Assembly: GCA_050273025.1 (NCBI GenBank)
Contig: CP158636.1
Location: forward strand, 11,656,001-11,720,000
Direction: 5' to 3'
From: Cenococcum geophilum
Taxonomy: Eukaryota
DNA length: 64,000 bases
Every line of letters starts with the position of its first letter. Position 1 is the first letter of the stretch. Positions 35,501 through 50,715 of this stretch are shown here, piece by piece. A program made the position numbers and the translations under genes. Under the pieces are notes generated by a model. That model had not been told where the DNA came from. It did not search any database and saw only the letters and a list, made by a program, of their open reading frames with translations.

Positions 35501-38500
35501 GGTTGGCAGTCAACAGATCTCGGTCTGGCTTGTCACTGATAACCATCCTCGGGAAGACCACAATTGGCGTGCTGATAACAATATCGAAATGCGTTTTGTT
35601 TGCTCTTTCTTGTATCTGGCTGGCCTGGTTTGCAGCCGCTTGACGTGCAGCATTGAAAATGGCTTGCATTTTGCCGAACTTCACAGCAAAGTCCATAATT
35701 TTCCGGAATGGTTCCGTAAGGAAATTGATCTTGATAGAGCCAGCCTTGAGAGCAATAGACGTGTCATATCCAGGATAGACATCCGACTCAGCATCGAAGG
35801 TTTCATAACTGAAATCAGCCAGGTCCTTACCCTCGATGGTCACAAGTTGGCGTAGAGATGATTCTGCCGAGACACCTTGATTGATATCGTCTATCAGGGA
35901 AAGGTTGCCAAGTCTTCCACTAATGCGCATTGTTTTGCCCATGAGGAATATTTCGACATCTCCCGAGTTCAAAGTAAGCGTGGCAAGTCTTATGCCATCA
36001 TTGTTTAGGATTATAGAAATTCGTTTGAGTTCAGCTTTGATCCGAATTTTGTCAGCGTCAGGTGGATTGGCTTTGACGACTTCTTGTTGGCCGCCAGGCT
36101 TTGCGGTCACTTGAGTCTGGTTGGAACTATCGGAACTGCCGGGATTCGTGAATGTTATTAGAACGAAGTCTAGAAGTGTCAATAGCGTTCTTCGAGTTAC
36201 AATTAAATTGATTGTCGAGACTGCGACTTCCAGGTTGGTTGCAACACTCTCATATTTCGACATGAACTCGGGAGATTCTTTGTTAACCTTCAAAAATTTG
36301 AGTTGGAAAAGGTCATTCTGGGTCGACGCATGAATATCTTCTGAAGAGACTATGTTGCGGAACTCAGGCAGAGGGTTTTCCTCAACATGGTCCTCTACCG
36401 CAAGTGTTTTAAGACGAACCTCTGCAACCATGTCGAATGGCTCTTGGTAGAACTCTAGGTAAAAATGCTCGGCAATCAATTCTACAAGCAATTGATCTGG
36501 CTTCTTGCCCTCAGGGTCTGAGCGATAGAGTGAGCCCTGAAGCTTGTCCACAGTGAATTTGAACTCGAAATTGCGTTGGTGAAGTGGGACCTCAGGCTTT
36601 TTATTTACTTCAGAAGCTTGTTTGAAACTTTTCTCGCTGGATGAATCGCCCTCTTCTTCCATAACGAGCTCATGCTCTTGTGCCGAAAATTGAAAAGATT
36701 TGGATCTCGCTCTTCCCAACGGGCCATCATCATGCTCAGCATTGCTTGTGGGCTTGATGTTCGGTGGACCTGTTGAGCCATTGGCGGCCTCCTTGCTCCC
36801 GCCATCACTGTCGAATTTCGGGACGGCCACGTCAATCAGTTTCATAAAATTCTTGTACTTTGCGTCAGACACTGAGGCATGTAAGACGGGTAGATTACCC
36901 GATATTCGGAATTTGGTAAGATCAGAAGCTTTGGGGATGATGCATATCTCAATTTTGAAGTCCATGTTGATGCGATCGACGATGTGGAGGTCTTTAGAGG
37001 TAGCCTTCTCTTCGAGCTGGGCGCGAGTTTCTTCGATTGATGACCCAATAAGAACCTGTGTAGAATCTAGCTTTAGTAGAAACTTGTCGTACATTAGGCC
37101 TTCTAAACGCCTGAAATCCTCCTCCGTATACTGTTGCTTTTGCTTTGACTGAATCTCGCGAAGAGTCTCTTTGTCGACGAGATCGCTGGTTACGCTTGCA
37201 TGGCCTGCATCCACGATAAGACAGATGCTGCACTTCTCAGTAACGGAATCAGGAACGATAATGAGCGGCGCTTGGAGGTCCAGTTGAGCATTGATAGTTT
37301 TATGTTCAGATAGAGCAAACTCCAAGCCAGCTCGCGTCTGCCGTCGTATGCCTTCAACTGTGGCGCCGGCAGTTTCCATGAGAGCACCAATAGATTCCAT
37401 ATGTTGCTTAGGAGGCTTAAAAAACTTGGCGACTTCTACGACGAAGATAGGGTTGTAGACAATCTCCATTCCTTTCAATTTCATGGTGAGGGCCGTGTCA
37501 GCACTACCATCAAGAGGATTTTTCTCGAACGATAGCTGGAAAAAGGGGTCTTCCGCCTCTTCCTCTCCTTCCGTGTCATCTTTTGAGGTCTCGTCATCAT
37601 TCAACTCCTCAATACGCTTCTCGTCTGGGACTGGAAGAGCGTCTTTGATAGTGATTATTTGTGGGAAAAGGCTTCCTTCAGTCGTCCCATCATACAACCT
37701 CATGCCTTCAAGACTAAGTTTAGCGAGCATAGAATCCGTCCTTTGCAAGACGGTAGTACTGAAGGAATCAAATAGAAGCCGTAGTATTTCCGTGGCTTTG
37801 CCATGAGGATCACGCTTAAGAGTGAAGCTACCGGTCCGAAGACTCATGTTGATTTCCATCTTCACGTACTCCTTTGGCATGTCTACGGCTTCTGCAATCA
37901 TTTTCTTTTCGTCCCAGGCAATGGCATCGTACAGCTCTTTCCGCTGTTGCTCTGTCATCTGACTATTGTCGGCTTCCTGCTCCTGCTCCTGCGGCTTACT
38001 TCCCCACGCCCAGGAAGTCCAACTTTGCTTAGGTGGAGGCTTCTTGATGCCGACATTTTCTTTGCGCAGCTGATTCCTTGCCAAGGAGCGCCAAAACCGA
38101 AGATCCTCATATGTTAGCTTCCTCTCTAGCTTGTCGATCTCTGTTGCCTCTGCCGGGGTCAACTTTTCATCCTTCTTCTTTTTTTTGAAGAGCTCGATGT
38201 AGCGTATTCGGTCATCTCTTCGCTCCTTGAAGTGTTCCCAACTCCATTTCCGATTCCTGTCGTGGATCTTGTCAAGCACTGCCTTTGCAGCAAATCGTAA
38301 CCAGCCTTCAGGATCTTCCTTAGGAGATGATTTTGGCTGAAATTTCTTGTACTCTTGATGACGGATAAAGTAATGGAAAAGGTCAACGAGCATTAATGCA
38401 TCTCGGTACTGATCCTCATCAATCACAAACCCAAGTTCATCAAACAACAAACGAGCTTTCATCTTTGGCTTATCAGACTTGCCAGTCTTGTCCATCTCCA

Positions 38501-39320
38501 AACCAGCGCGACCGCTAACTGGTTTCAGAATGAATTGATGATCTCCAACTTTGGTATTATCGCCTCTCACGATCATTTCCCGAAATTGGTCAATGAACTT
38601 GCTATGATCTATATCCTGCTCTTTGCCGTCCTGGGTTCCTGTCCCGGTGCCGATGAGTTTTGCATCGGTGTCCCAATATACTGCGAGAGAGCCAAGCGTT
38701 GCTAATTTGTGTGTTGAGCCGGATGTGCCCTGGATGAAGGTAGGCTTCCAGTTTTCATCTGTGCTGACAGCACTGAATTCCTCAAGCGTAACCCCCAACG
38801 CAAAGGGATGTCCTGGATCTGAGATTGAGTCCTCATATCGGATGTGAATGTTCTTAACGCTGACTTGAACATTGTCAACGATGGCTGTAATCAAGCTTGC
38901 GGTGAAACTCTGGCTTTTTTGTTGCTCTTCCTGGCTCATGCCCTCGGTGTTTCTCTCCTTCAGCAGCTCTGCGCTGTCCAGCTTTTCCATCTTCACGGCA
39001 TGCGCTCGCCGTTCTTCTTCCTCCGCGTCATATTCCGCATCTTCCTTAGGGGCGGCCAAAAGAAAAACATCCTCAATATTGACCTTCAGTGGCTTCCCCC
39101 GCAGGTTCGACCAAGGTATTTGCAGCGTAAGCTGTCCGAGATGGCCTTCGACTACGTTTAGAGGAAGATGAAGCTGGTCTAGAGCTTCCCGGCGCAATTC
39201 GAGGTCTCGTAATTTGACGTCTCCCGACCATATTCCCACGTTTAGTTGTTTGGCATCAAAGTTCTGAACGTACATGCCCAGAAAGCGATTAAGCAGGTTG
39301 GCGACGAGCCCCTCAAGCAT
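29553..39320 (-). CDS. VPS13: Vacuolar protein sorting 13, bridge-like lipid transfer protein (about 3200 aa), 4 exons: 39320-32857, 32805-32485, 32437-32077, 32021-29553
   Basis: Chorein-N start MLEGLVANLLNRFLGMYVQNFDAKQLNVGIWSGDV; VAB repeats; C-terminal LGSADFLGNPVGLF, ATG2_C-like and PH-like regions; three GT-AG introns. Confidence 0.97.
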
Positions 39321-40246
39321 GTTGAAGGGAGCTGGCCGTTACCCGGGCCGAGGGTAAGAGAGATTGGGTGTAAATTCAGATCGGAGGGTTCGTTACGTCG
39401 TTCGGATTCGTGGAATCATAGGGGATGCCTAAGGCAGACTTTGTAGAGGAGTTGTGGGGTATGCGTTGCGGGGCCTCAGGTTGAATTCATACTTAGCCTC
39501 CTGTGCCACAGTTGCTCTAGTCGAATCAATAAAAGGAGGATACGATAGAAAATAAGTCGAAGACGTAAGAAGGGAGTAGAGTGGTAAAAAAATGTAAAAG
39601 ATGGGAAAAGAACACGCTGAGATTAAAGGATCGAGTGTTGAGGATTGCCTTCTACGCCTCTTTACAATCCTGGAATAGGAAGTGACGTCGGTGTTTTTCG
39701 CGATTCCCGCGTCACGTGTCAGCTCCCTCCACCTACGTCTCCGAAAATATAGCTCATTGTGAGCTATATGAGAATACATTCAGTTACATCGCCTAGAGGG
39801 TTTAATACAAACTTCTTCTCTATTTTAGAAGACTCTTGATATGCCATGTTTGGAGAAACCCATGCCCACAAACTTATAAAAGGGGCATAAATTGCTGGAG
39901 GACTTTTTGTTTCCCGCTGTACAGCCTGAAATATTCGAGAGCTCCTCTAGTCATGGAGGAACCTCGATGATCATGTTAACGCGTCGAGAGAAGTTGAAGA
40001 TTGCTTTTATGTTACAACTGAGCTTTGTATTATTATATAAAGATATGGTGGTTGACTTGTTCTCCTCTTGGCGTTCTGCTCTGCGGGCGAGGGTCTGCGC
40101 TCAGTTTTCGTCGCAACACTCTTTGCTGTCTACTGCCTCTCCAAAATCTACTTGAACTAAGTTTGCACATTCAAACACGCGATTTCCGCGGTCAACCCAG
40201 AACCTTTTCAAACTCTTCAAAAACCAGAATCTTCTAATCGATTACA

Positions 40247-40891
40247 ATGGGCTGGTGGTGGAGTTCCGATTCCAACCAACAAACCTCAAAGCCCCCAGAA
40301 GCAACGCCTCCTCCAAACACTTTATCAAAATCAACACCACAATCTACACAAACGTCCAATCCTCAATCGCCTCCTCGACCATCCAACCCCCTAACCCGTG
40401 ATGAACAAGCCGAAGCAGATCTCCAATCCCTTCTTTCAACTCTGTCTTCCGAATCCGCCCAACACTCCTCCACGCGCGCTGCCTTAACTGACGGCAGCGA
40501 CATACCGTCTACCTTCTCGCCTACACCCTCTTCCAAATCTGCCGTCGCCTCAAGAGACAACCCCCAAGAATCCTCTCTCTACCCAGCCAGCATGTCCTGC
40601 CGTCAAGTCTTTGACAGCGCCTTCTATTGCCAGTCTTTCGGTGGTCAGTTCAACAACATATACCGCTACGGCGAACTAAGGTCCTGCAGTGAACACTGGT
40701 CAGCGTTCTGGTTCTGTATGCGGACGAAGAGCCAGCCCGAGGAGAAGCGAAGTCGGATGATACAAGAGCATTACCGGCAGCGCGATGCGAAGTATAAGTT
40801 AGGGCCAAGCAGCGAGGATGTGTGGCAAGTCAGGACAGAGCCGATAGAGGGCGCATTCGAGAGGGATCCAGATGAGGTTTGGTCTAGTTAA
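40247..40891 (+). CDS. EMI1: Early meiotic induction protein 1 homolog (twin Cx9C)
   Basis: SCRQVFDSAFYC...FNNIYRYGELRSCSEHWSAFWFCMRTKS, with Cx9C pairs. Confidence 0.85.
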   Translation: MGWWWSSDSNQQTSKPPEATPPPNTLSKSTPQSTQTSNPQSPPRPSNPLTRDEQAEADLQSLLSTLSSESAQHSSTRAALTDGSDIPSTFSPTPSSKSAVASRDNPQESSLYPASMSCRQVFDSAFYCQSFGGQFNNIYRYGELRSCSEHWSAFWFCMRTKSQPEEKRSRMIQEHYRQRDAKYKLGPSSEDVWQVRTEPIEGAFERDPDEVWSS

Positions 40892-41324
40892 GGTAGGACA
40901 CGGGCGAGGCATGAGCGTTAGAGGAAGCGGAGCACAGTTAAAACCTTTGTTCAATATTGGGGAAATTGGGGTGAACTGGCAAGGAAGGCGTTGCGCATAT
41001 CCATCAGTAGTTAACAACTTGGGTTAGGAGATGATATTCGGAGCATAATTTACGCGCCTCAAAATATTGAGAATCGTTCTTGATTTGTGCAAATACCTGC
41101 ATCATTACTGTAGAGTACATACACCGGTGCAGAAACTTTTCCGCCCTTCGTGACATTCATGGTAGAAAAAACAAAATTTCATCCTAAGCATGCAAACCAG
41201 AGTGAAAAGCCCCAATTTAATAAAAATTGGACTCTATCAGCCGCTAAACTCCAGTACCCACCCAATCGAAGAGGATCTATGCAGAATGAGACAACCAAGG
41301 AGACCACTCAAGTGAGGGAACAGC

Positions 41325-43398
41325 TTAGTCGACCTCCTCCACAGTGGGACCGTCGTCGTGGCCAGCTCCACCACCAGGAGCCGCTCCGCCGAATCCTCCG
41401 GCACCACCCATGTTGGGCATACCACCAGGCATGCCCCCGCCTTCGCCGCCTGCAGAATAGAACTTCATCATGATTGGGTTGGCGACTGATTCGAGCTCCT
41501 TCTGCTGAGACTCGTACTCGTCCTTGGTAGCCTGCTGGTTGTCGTCCAGCCATGAAACGGTCTTGTCGATTTCGGCCTTGAGCTTCTCCTTGTCCGAAGC
41601 ATCGAGCTTCTCGTCGACCTTGGAGTCGCTCATAGTGTTGCGTAGAGAGTAAGCGTAGCTCTCAAGCGCGTTCTTTGCGCTGATGCGGGCGGCTTCAGCC
41701 TCATCTTCCGCCTTGTACTTCTCGGCTTCCGCCAACATGCGCTCTATTTCCTCCTTGGACAAACGGCCCTTATCGTTGGTGATGACGATCTTGTTGGTCT
41801 TGCCAGTGCCCTTCTCGAGGGCAGAGACGTTCATGATGCCGTTAGCGTCGATATCGAATGTAACCTCGATTTGAGGCACACCGCGGGGTGCAGGGGGGAT
41901 CCCAGTAAGCTCGAACTTGCCGAGCAGGTTGTTGTCCTTCGTCCTCGCACGTTCACCCTCGTAAACCTGGATGAGCACACCAGGCTGGTTGTCGGAGAAG
42001 GTAGAGAAGACTTCTGACTTCTTCGTAGGGATGGTGGTGTTACGCTTGATGAGAGGGGTCATAACACCGCCGGCAGTCTCGATACCTAGAGATAACGGGG
42101 CGACATCGAGCAACAGGATCTCGTTGGTAGACTTAGATGAGGTGTCACCGGAGAGAATGGCAGCCTGGACAGCAGCACCATAGGCAACAGCCTCGTCGGG
42201 GTTGATGGACTTGTTAGGCTCCTTGCCGTTGAAGAAGTCGGAGACCATCTTCTGAATCTTGGGGATACGAGTAGAGCCACCAACAAGGACAATCTCGTGA
42301 ACAGATGACTTGTCGATCTTAGCGTCACGCAGGACACGCTCTACAGGTTCCATGGTTGATCGGAAAAGATCCTGGCAAAGCTCCTCGAAGCGAGCACGAG
42401 TAATTGAAGTGTAGAAATCAATACCCTCGTAGAGGGAATCGATTTCGATGGATGTCTGGGCTGATGAGGAGAGCGTGCGCTTGGCCCTCTCGCAAGCAGT
42501 CCGGAGACGACGAAGAGCACGAGCATTAGCGGTAAGATCCTTCTTGTGCTTGCGCTTGAACTCGTTGACGAAGTGGTTGACAAGACGGTTGTCGAAGTCC
42601 TCACCACCCAAGTGAGTATCACCGGCAGTCGACTTAACTTCGAAGATACCCTCCTCAATAGTAAGGAGAGAGACATCGAATGTTCCACCACCCAAATCGA
42701 AGATGAGGACGTTACGCTCGCCAGTTTGCTTCTTGTCTAGACCGTACGCAATGGCGGCAGCGGTAGGCTCGTTGATGATACGAAGAACGTTAAGGCCGGC
42801 AATCAGACCGGCATCTTTTGTGGCTTGTCGCTGAGAGTCGTTAAAGTAGGCGGGAACTGTGACGACGGCATTGTTAACTGTGCCACCAAGGTATGACTCG
42901 GCAGTTTCCCGCATCTTCGTCAAGACCATCGAAGAGATCTCCTCTGGTGTGAATGTTTTTGTTTCGCCCTTGAAGTCGACTTGAATAATTGGCTTTCCAG
43001 CCTTCTCGATGACCTTGAAGGGGAAGTGCTTCATATCGGCTTGCACCTCTTGGTCAGCGAACTTGCGGCCGATAAGACGCTTCGCATCGAAGACGGTGTT
43101 GGCCGGGTTCATGGCGACTTGGTTCTTTGCGGAGTCGCCAATGAGACGCTCCGTATCGGTGAACGCCACAAATGAGGGCGTTGTCCGGTTTCCCTGGTCA
43201 TTTGCTATGATCTATTGATAGGTTAGTGTCTTTGTTGAACGTCTTAGTTGTGGAGAATGGAATAAACATACCTCAATACGATCATCACGAAAAATACCAA
43301 CGCAACTGTAGGTCGTCCCGAGATCAATTCCTATCTGTATAATGTTAGTAACTGAGATTCATAATATGTTTGTTGGAAGTACATACCGCAGGTGCCAT
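41325..43398 (-). CDS. HSP70: Cytosolic Hsp70 (SSA family), 3 exons: 43398-43387, 43334-43272, 43211-41325
   Basis: Spliced start [32 protein letters not shown]-terminal GPTVEEVD. Confidence 0.98.
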
Positions 43399-43632
43399 GA
43401 TTGCGAAATGTGCGGGTTATTAAAAGTGGTGTTGAATGTGAGGTAGTGTCAAGGGTATAAAAGATGTTTGGGAGTATTGGAATGACAGTACTTGCTTCCA
43501 AAAGTCAAGCCTTGTGGAATGCGAGGTTTGTTCAGGTGGATGTAGAGTTTATGGAGAAAAGAAGAGGAAAGGGCAGCGGGCGAGTGCCTTTATGGCTGTG
43601 AGAAGCGGTGGGCAGTGAAGTTTAAAGTCACT

Positions 43633-43654
43633 TTCGAGAAGATTCCATGAGTCA
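43633..43654. promoter_or_regulatory. Heat-shock element with adjacent Gcn4/CpcA (AP-1-type) site in the HSP70 promoter
   Basis: TTCgaGAAgaTTC (three-unit HSE, 43633-43645) followed by ATGAGTCA (43647-43654), about 235 bp upstream of the HSP70 ATG. Confidence 0.7.
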
Positions 43655-44224
43655 ACCAGCAGTTTCTAGGGCTACCACGACGATTCTGGCAGTGTCTACA
43701 GCCGTTTTTTGCGACTGCCTGGCCACCGGGGCAACATGTTCTCACTAAAAAGTCCGAGGAAAGGCTCCATTCACTCATTGTGCCGTCAAAATGCGCCTTG
43801 AAGCTGATTCCATCTTCTTCGAAGCTGTTTTTCTTTCGTCACCTCGCCCCACCAGCCCAACTAGGTTACCGAAGCGACTGCCCCTCAGAGCTTCGCGCCC
43901 TCCTGCCCTCCAACCCATCACTCCCCAGCCTTGCGATGCTGCCTACCAGCCCGCCAAAATCCACTCACGCCCTCTACAGGCCAACCTCTCAAGGGCGGAG
44001 GAATGTCGAGAGGCTCAAACCACTTAGGTCGTTTACGAACAGTCTCGTTAAAGATATTTGAAATCCTCAGTTTGCTGCAGTGCTTGCCTTCTCCAACTCC
44101 GACATAGCTACCTCCCTAGTTAGTATTCAACGGCAAATTGCCTACCTAGGTGACAAGCTGGAACCTCCTGTGAACTTCACGTGACAAAATCTTGGCTGCT
44201 TGCTGCTTAGAAAGACAGCCACTG

Positions 44225-44245
44225 TGACGTCATCTTTTTCTGGAA
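44225..44245. promoter_or_regulatory. CRE (TGACGTCA) and partial HSE upstream of the DUF3429 gene
   Basis: TGACGTCA at 44225-44232, then TTCtgGAA. Confidence 0.35.
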
Positions 44246-44424
44246 GCTCTCTGAGTAGCAGATGGAATCAAGCTACTGCGAGAGCTCATCCATTCATATT
44301 CGAGGGCAGCTTCCCCTCCTCAACCCCATCTCGTGTCCCTGTGCTACATCAACTCACAGAGGAAAAGTTGGGCCCTCGATCTATCTTTTATCCTCCCTGA
44401 CTCCTCAACCTCGTATTCGCAATA

Positions 44425-45600
44425 ATGCTCCGCACTGGAGCTTCGCGGGTCGTGTTTCGCTTTATTAAAGCATCAACAGCCCGTCCTGTACCAACATCTT
44501 TTAATGGGGCAGCTTCTCCAGCACAATGGACCTCAAAGCTGTGCTCGCTGAGCGCAAAACGACCGCAGCCACTTATAAATAATCAATTGAAACCTATTCA
44601 AGCAGCAGTGTTCCAGCGAACAGCGACGTCGACTCCTTGGGATAAGATTGACAAGAAGAACGAGGAGAAGATTGCACATCAAAAGCTCGAGCCAACTCCC
44701 GAGACAGTGTCTGCGACATCCTCCATTCATCCAGTGCTTGGAGAAGTCGCTACCCCAGAGCCAGAAGGAGATGTCGACATGATGGCTGGACTTAAACATG
44801 ATGTCGTGAGTCGGCCTCCGCTATACATGAGATCGAATTTGAGCTAACAGCACGTGCACCATAGAACACTATTAAAGAAACGTTCTCGCTTTCCGACGTT
44901 CCGCGACAGGCCTACACAATCGGCTTAGCTGGCGTTCTGCCATATCTGGCGACCTCTTTATCCACTGTTTACTGTGCCTGGGAGATCAACCATGCCACAG
45001 CTACTGGTATTGGATCTCTTATGTCTCCTAAAACTGCCGAGGCATTGCTTCACATCCTGGAACCGCTGCAGATTGGATATGGAGCTGTGGTAGGTGACCA
45101 TTGACGAAGAGGTACGATAATCCCGATCACTGATCAAATTCTAGATTATTTCTTTCCTTGGAGCCATACACTGGGGCCTCGAATGGGCAGGATATGGCGG
45201 CTATCAAGGCTATAAGCGATATGCGATTGGAGTTGTTGCTCCCGCTGTAGCTTGGCCGACTATACTTATGCCCGTGGAGCACGCGTTGATCACGCAGTTC
45301 CTTGCTTTTACTATCCTCTACTACGTCGATACACGTGCCACCTATGTCGGCTGGACCCCACCTTGGTATAATACGTATCGATTTATCCTCACATTCATTG
45401 TCGGCGCGAGTATTGTCGTCAGTCTCATTGGGAGAGGGGAAGTTGCCAACCGCGTCGGCAAAGTTCCCAGCACTGTTGACAGGCTCGTGGCATTTAAAGA
45501 GTCTGCGCAAGAGACCCTGGCTCAAGAGGAAGGAGCCATAAGGGCACAAAAAGTAAAGGAGGATGAAGAAGGGGCTGAGCAAAGTGGTGATAAAGAGTGA
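44425..45600 (+). CDS. DUF3429/TMEM69-like mitochondrial membrane protein, 3 exons: 44425-44805, 44865-45089, 45145-45600
   Basis: Arg/Ser/Ala-rich presequence-like N-terminus; GLAGVLPY, GYGAVIISFLGAIHWGLEW, PPWYNTYRFILTFIV motifs. Confidence 0.85.
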
Positions 45601-46414
45601 TTTGGAGATTGAGTGAAGCAGTCATCAACGACGTAGAGGACAGGCGACTAGTTGGAAATGAGAAAACCATCATCAATGGGGTGACTTCGGGATTTACAGA
45701 AGAGGTAATTCGAACTTACTTAGGTCTCTCCGATATCAGTGTGACCTACTTGGTGGAGGAATGAGCTTTTTTCCTTTTGCTTGTTGCGATCAGGATTCCG
45801 TTGGCAGGCAATTTCTCCGTGGATTGTGCCCACTTCGTTGCTTGGGCTAGGGCGGGGAGACACCGACATGAACATGTATCGTAGCGTCTCCGTGAAGCTG
45901 GGAATATATATACTCTTTAATTTTTAGGATATGGCTTGAGCCTGATGATCCTTTCCCGTCTTCAGTATCTACTTTTTGCGCGCGAGACCCAACGAATAAT
46001 TCTAGCCACAGCAGACTAGTTCGAGTTTTGCCGAGACGCGAAATTCCTAACAACGGGCTTACCTACTAGGGGACATACGGGGCTCTGATTGACGGGGTTT
46101 CCTTCAGACGCATTCACGCGCGATTAATGCCTTACGTCGTTTACCCCGCAATCCCCCTCTAATCGTTATGGCAAAAGTATCAATATTATTCGGTCCATTA
46201 TAGAACTTGTCATTCGCGTGCTCCCCTCCCTCATTCAGAATTTACTGTTTTGTTTCCTTCGTTGCCCTCTAGAACCCCTAGAGCATTGTCTCAGCTCACT
46301 GCTTGCCCCATACAAAACACACTCAGCAACCGGACCAATTCTCGGAACGTATCGGTTCTGATGACATGGCCATTTAGCTAGCGGATGGAGGAAATACAAT
46401 AGAGCGGATTATAA

Positions 46415-48197
<1,783 letters not shown>

Positions 48198-50381
48198 TAG
48201 TAGAGCATGTTATATACCTCCATATGGCCACTTGCTTTATCTCCGATGCCTTATTCTCCGATGGTTTCGGAAAAGCGATACCGTCCCGTATGTCGTCTTC
48301 TGGCATGAGTGGATGAAGTTGTAGCGGCACTGGCATCAGTTCCCATGGTGCATTGCAATCATCTTGCCTTATATATCCCCACTTCTCCCTATAAGAATCT
48401 CGAGTCATATTGCGTGTAAGTTTTTTTTATGTAGCGTTTCTTTGGATAATGCGGCGGTGGTGAGGAGGCACTCAAGAAAAGTTTGTGGTAATGAAGCCTC
48501 ACCAACCAGAAGCCACAATAAGGCCGCTATCTTCGAAAGTACATTACCCTTTCAGGCTGAATCATAGCGACTTCGGTCAGCTACACGAATACGGAACGAG
48601 GCGCGTCGTTTGAAACACTTATTGGTTATGACCGGGACCGAGCAAGAAAAACCTTTCTGCCTATTTAGTGAGCTGGGTAGCTAGGGGGCCTCAACAGTCT
48701 TGTGAGTAGTAGCAACTAGCATCCGGCTAGCTGAAGGGTATTGCCACACCACTGACGTTAAATGATGGCAGGGCTAGATTCGGCCACGCCATCACGATCA
48801 GACCTGCCTGCTTTAAGGATCGTCGATTTCGGTACAACAGCCACACGGAAATACTCAGCGAATGATAAAGGGACTGGCTAGTACTGAAGACGTTACCTTT
48901 TGCTTGCATCAGCCCGGGCTGATGCAAACAGCTAATCTTCAAAGACCCTTCATGCTGCAGGCCGTGTACATGGAGTGCTCCGAAAACAGTTTTAGAACTC
49001 CAGATCACGTCCCGAAATCGACAAATTGGAAGACTTCGCGGAGTACCGACGGTCATCTCAATATTGCTGGACCCCACCACCGTGATACCGCTGCTAGATT
49101 TCAGTTCGGCTCGCAGTGGCATAACATTTGCTCGGCGACTTGTTAATGGGTGGAATGGGTGAGTGACTAAGATTCCTACGAGTTCATCTGCCTGTCGTTT
49201 CTGTCATTTCCCTCGGCGTTTTACCGTGCCTTGTGGATACGCGATTCATGCCTCGCGGGCCAAAAAGTAGTTGGCTGGATATAAGGGCTGAAACCTGAGC
49301 GAAACACAACAACGGTTTTGCTTCTGCCGCACAGGCCCTTTCCCCACAAGGTAGGCATGAAGCTGAGATAACCATGCGTTGCCTAGGATTGTTCAGGGAG
49401 TCTAATGGTTCGCTGGAACGCATTCCAACTACCTCATAGGTGGGTTAGTCCCAGTCCCGGGCCCTGGGACAGCCCGGATTCACGCCAGGGTCCACCAGAC
49501 ACAAGGTCCACCGGACACATGTGCGTATGTCGTCGACCTGATGGGAGATAATATTTTATTTAAATTGCTCCATTCGCTCGGTATCGATGCCCTTCCTGGG
49601 AAGCAGTCGCCGTCGGAGGGACGCCTTTTTCGCTCTTTAATGCTTCATTCCTCGTCTGTATGATGCGGAACATGGCCATTAGTTCATGATAAGCTCGGTC
49701 TTAACCTGTTGCCTATCAAGGTACCCCTCACAATTTCAAGGATAGTGAGAGAGGGATGACGAGGACCTCAAGCTGGGCCTTAAGCAGGGTTTTATTCGGT
49801 ATCAAACGAGCTCATCAATTATTACAATCGCTGGTGCGCACGGATTTGCTCGCCGAGTCACAAGTCAGCCAAGCAGGGAGAGCCTCATTCCCACTAAGTC
49901 GCCTATGTCCGTCGTCGTGGGCCTGCAGTGTTCGGCCAGCATTCCGCACACCCGGGACCTTGTTAGCTGCCAACGTGGAACCTAGTATGTATATCAGCTA
50001 ACCGTGTGTGAGTTTAACAATGCGGATGTTGCCAGATGCCATGGCCTGGCTGCATTCCTGGTCAGTTCAATCCACATCCCCCCTCCAGGAGGCATCCTCG
50101 TCCGTCTGACTCCCAAATCAGAAGCACATACCAGTGGTAATCAACCTCCGGTCAGATCATAGCTAGTCATACACAGGATCCACTCATTTTGCGTTGAACA
50201 ACCCATGGAGTGCGTATCCGCGTCCACAAACGGACGGGAAGAGATGCCTTTAATATGGGCCCACCCGCCCTCGTACCGTTTTAATGTAGAAAAAGCACTT
50301 TCAAGCCTCAATCATTTAGCTCTTATCTCAAGAAAAAGCACTTTTATTCTATTCGTCGTACCCCGCAACTCGCCACCAGAA

Positions 50382-50715
50382 ATGTGTGATTATACTCAAG
50401 TTCATTACAAATGTACCCATCTTCGCTATACAGTAAGAGCTTGGTGTACGAAATACCAGGAGACACAGAAAAGATGCCCAGCAAATGTCGTGGCGATGTA
50501 AGAGCCAGCTCCTTTCTTATTATTTTGCACCAAGTGACTAATGCTCTACATAGAGAGTACAGGCTCGATGAAAACTGCGGTGAGTTTGGCCGGCTGCTTG
50601 TGAGCCACTGTAAGCTGATGCCAATTCTCTCTTTCCAGGTGATTGCAAAGATACATCATCGAAATCAAAAACATCTGGTGCCAAGGCCGGATCGTCTTCG
50701 TCGCCGTCTAAGTGA
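50382..50715 (+). CDS. 72-aa Cys/His-rich microprotein, 3 exons: 50382-50497, 50554-50579, 50639-50715
   Basis: GTAAGA...CTAAT...TAG and GTGAGT...CTGAT...CAG introns splice to MCDYTQVHYKCTHLRYTVRAWCTKYQETQKRCPANVVAIEYRLDENCGDCKDTSSKSKTSGAKAGSSSSPSK. Confidence 0.8.

Noticed and set aside
49489..49519. Tandem 15-bp repeat GGTCCACC(A/G)GACACA resembling a pogo TIR substructure
   Set aside because: No inverted partner or transposase sequence nearby.
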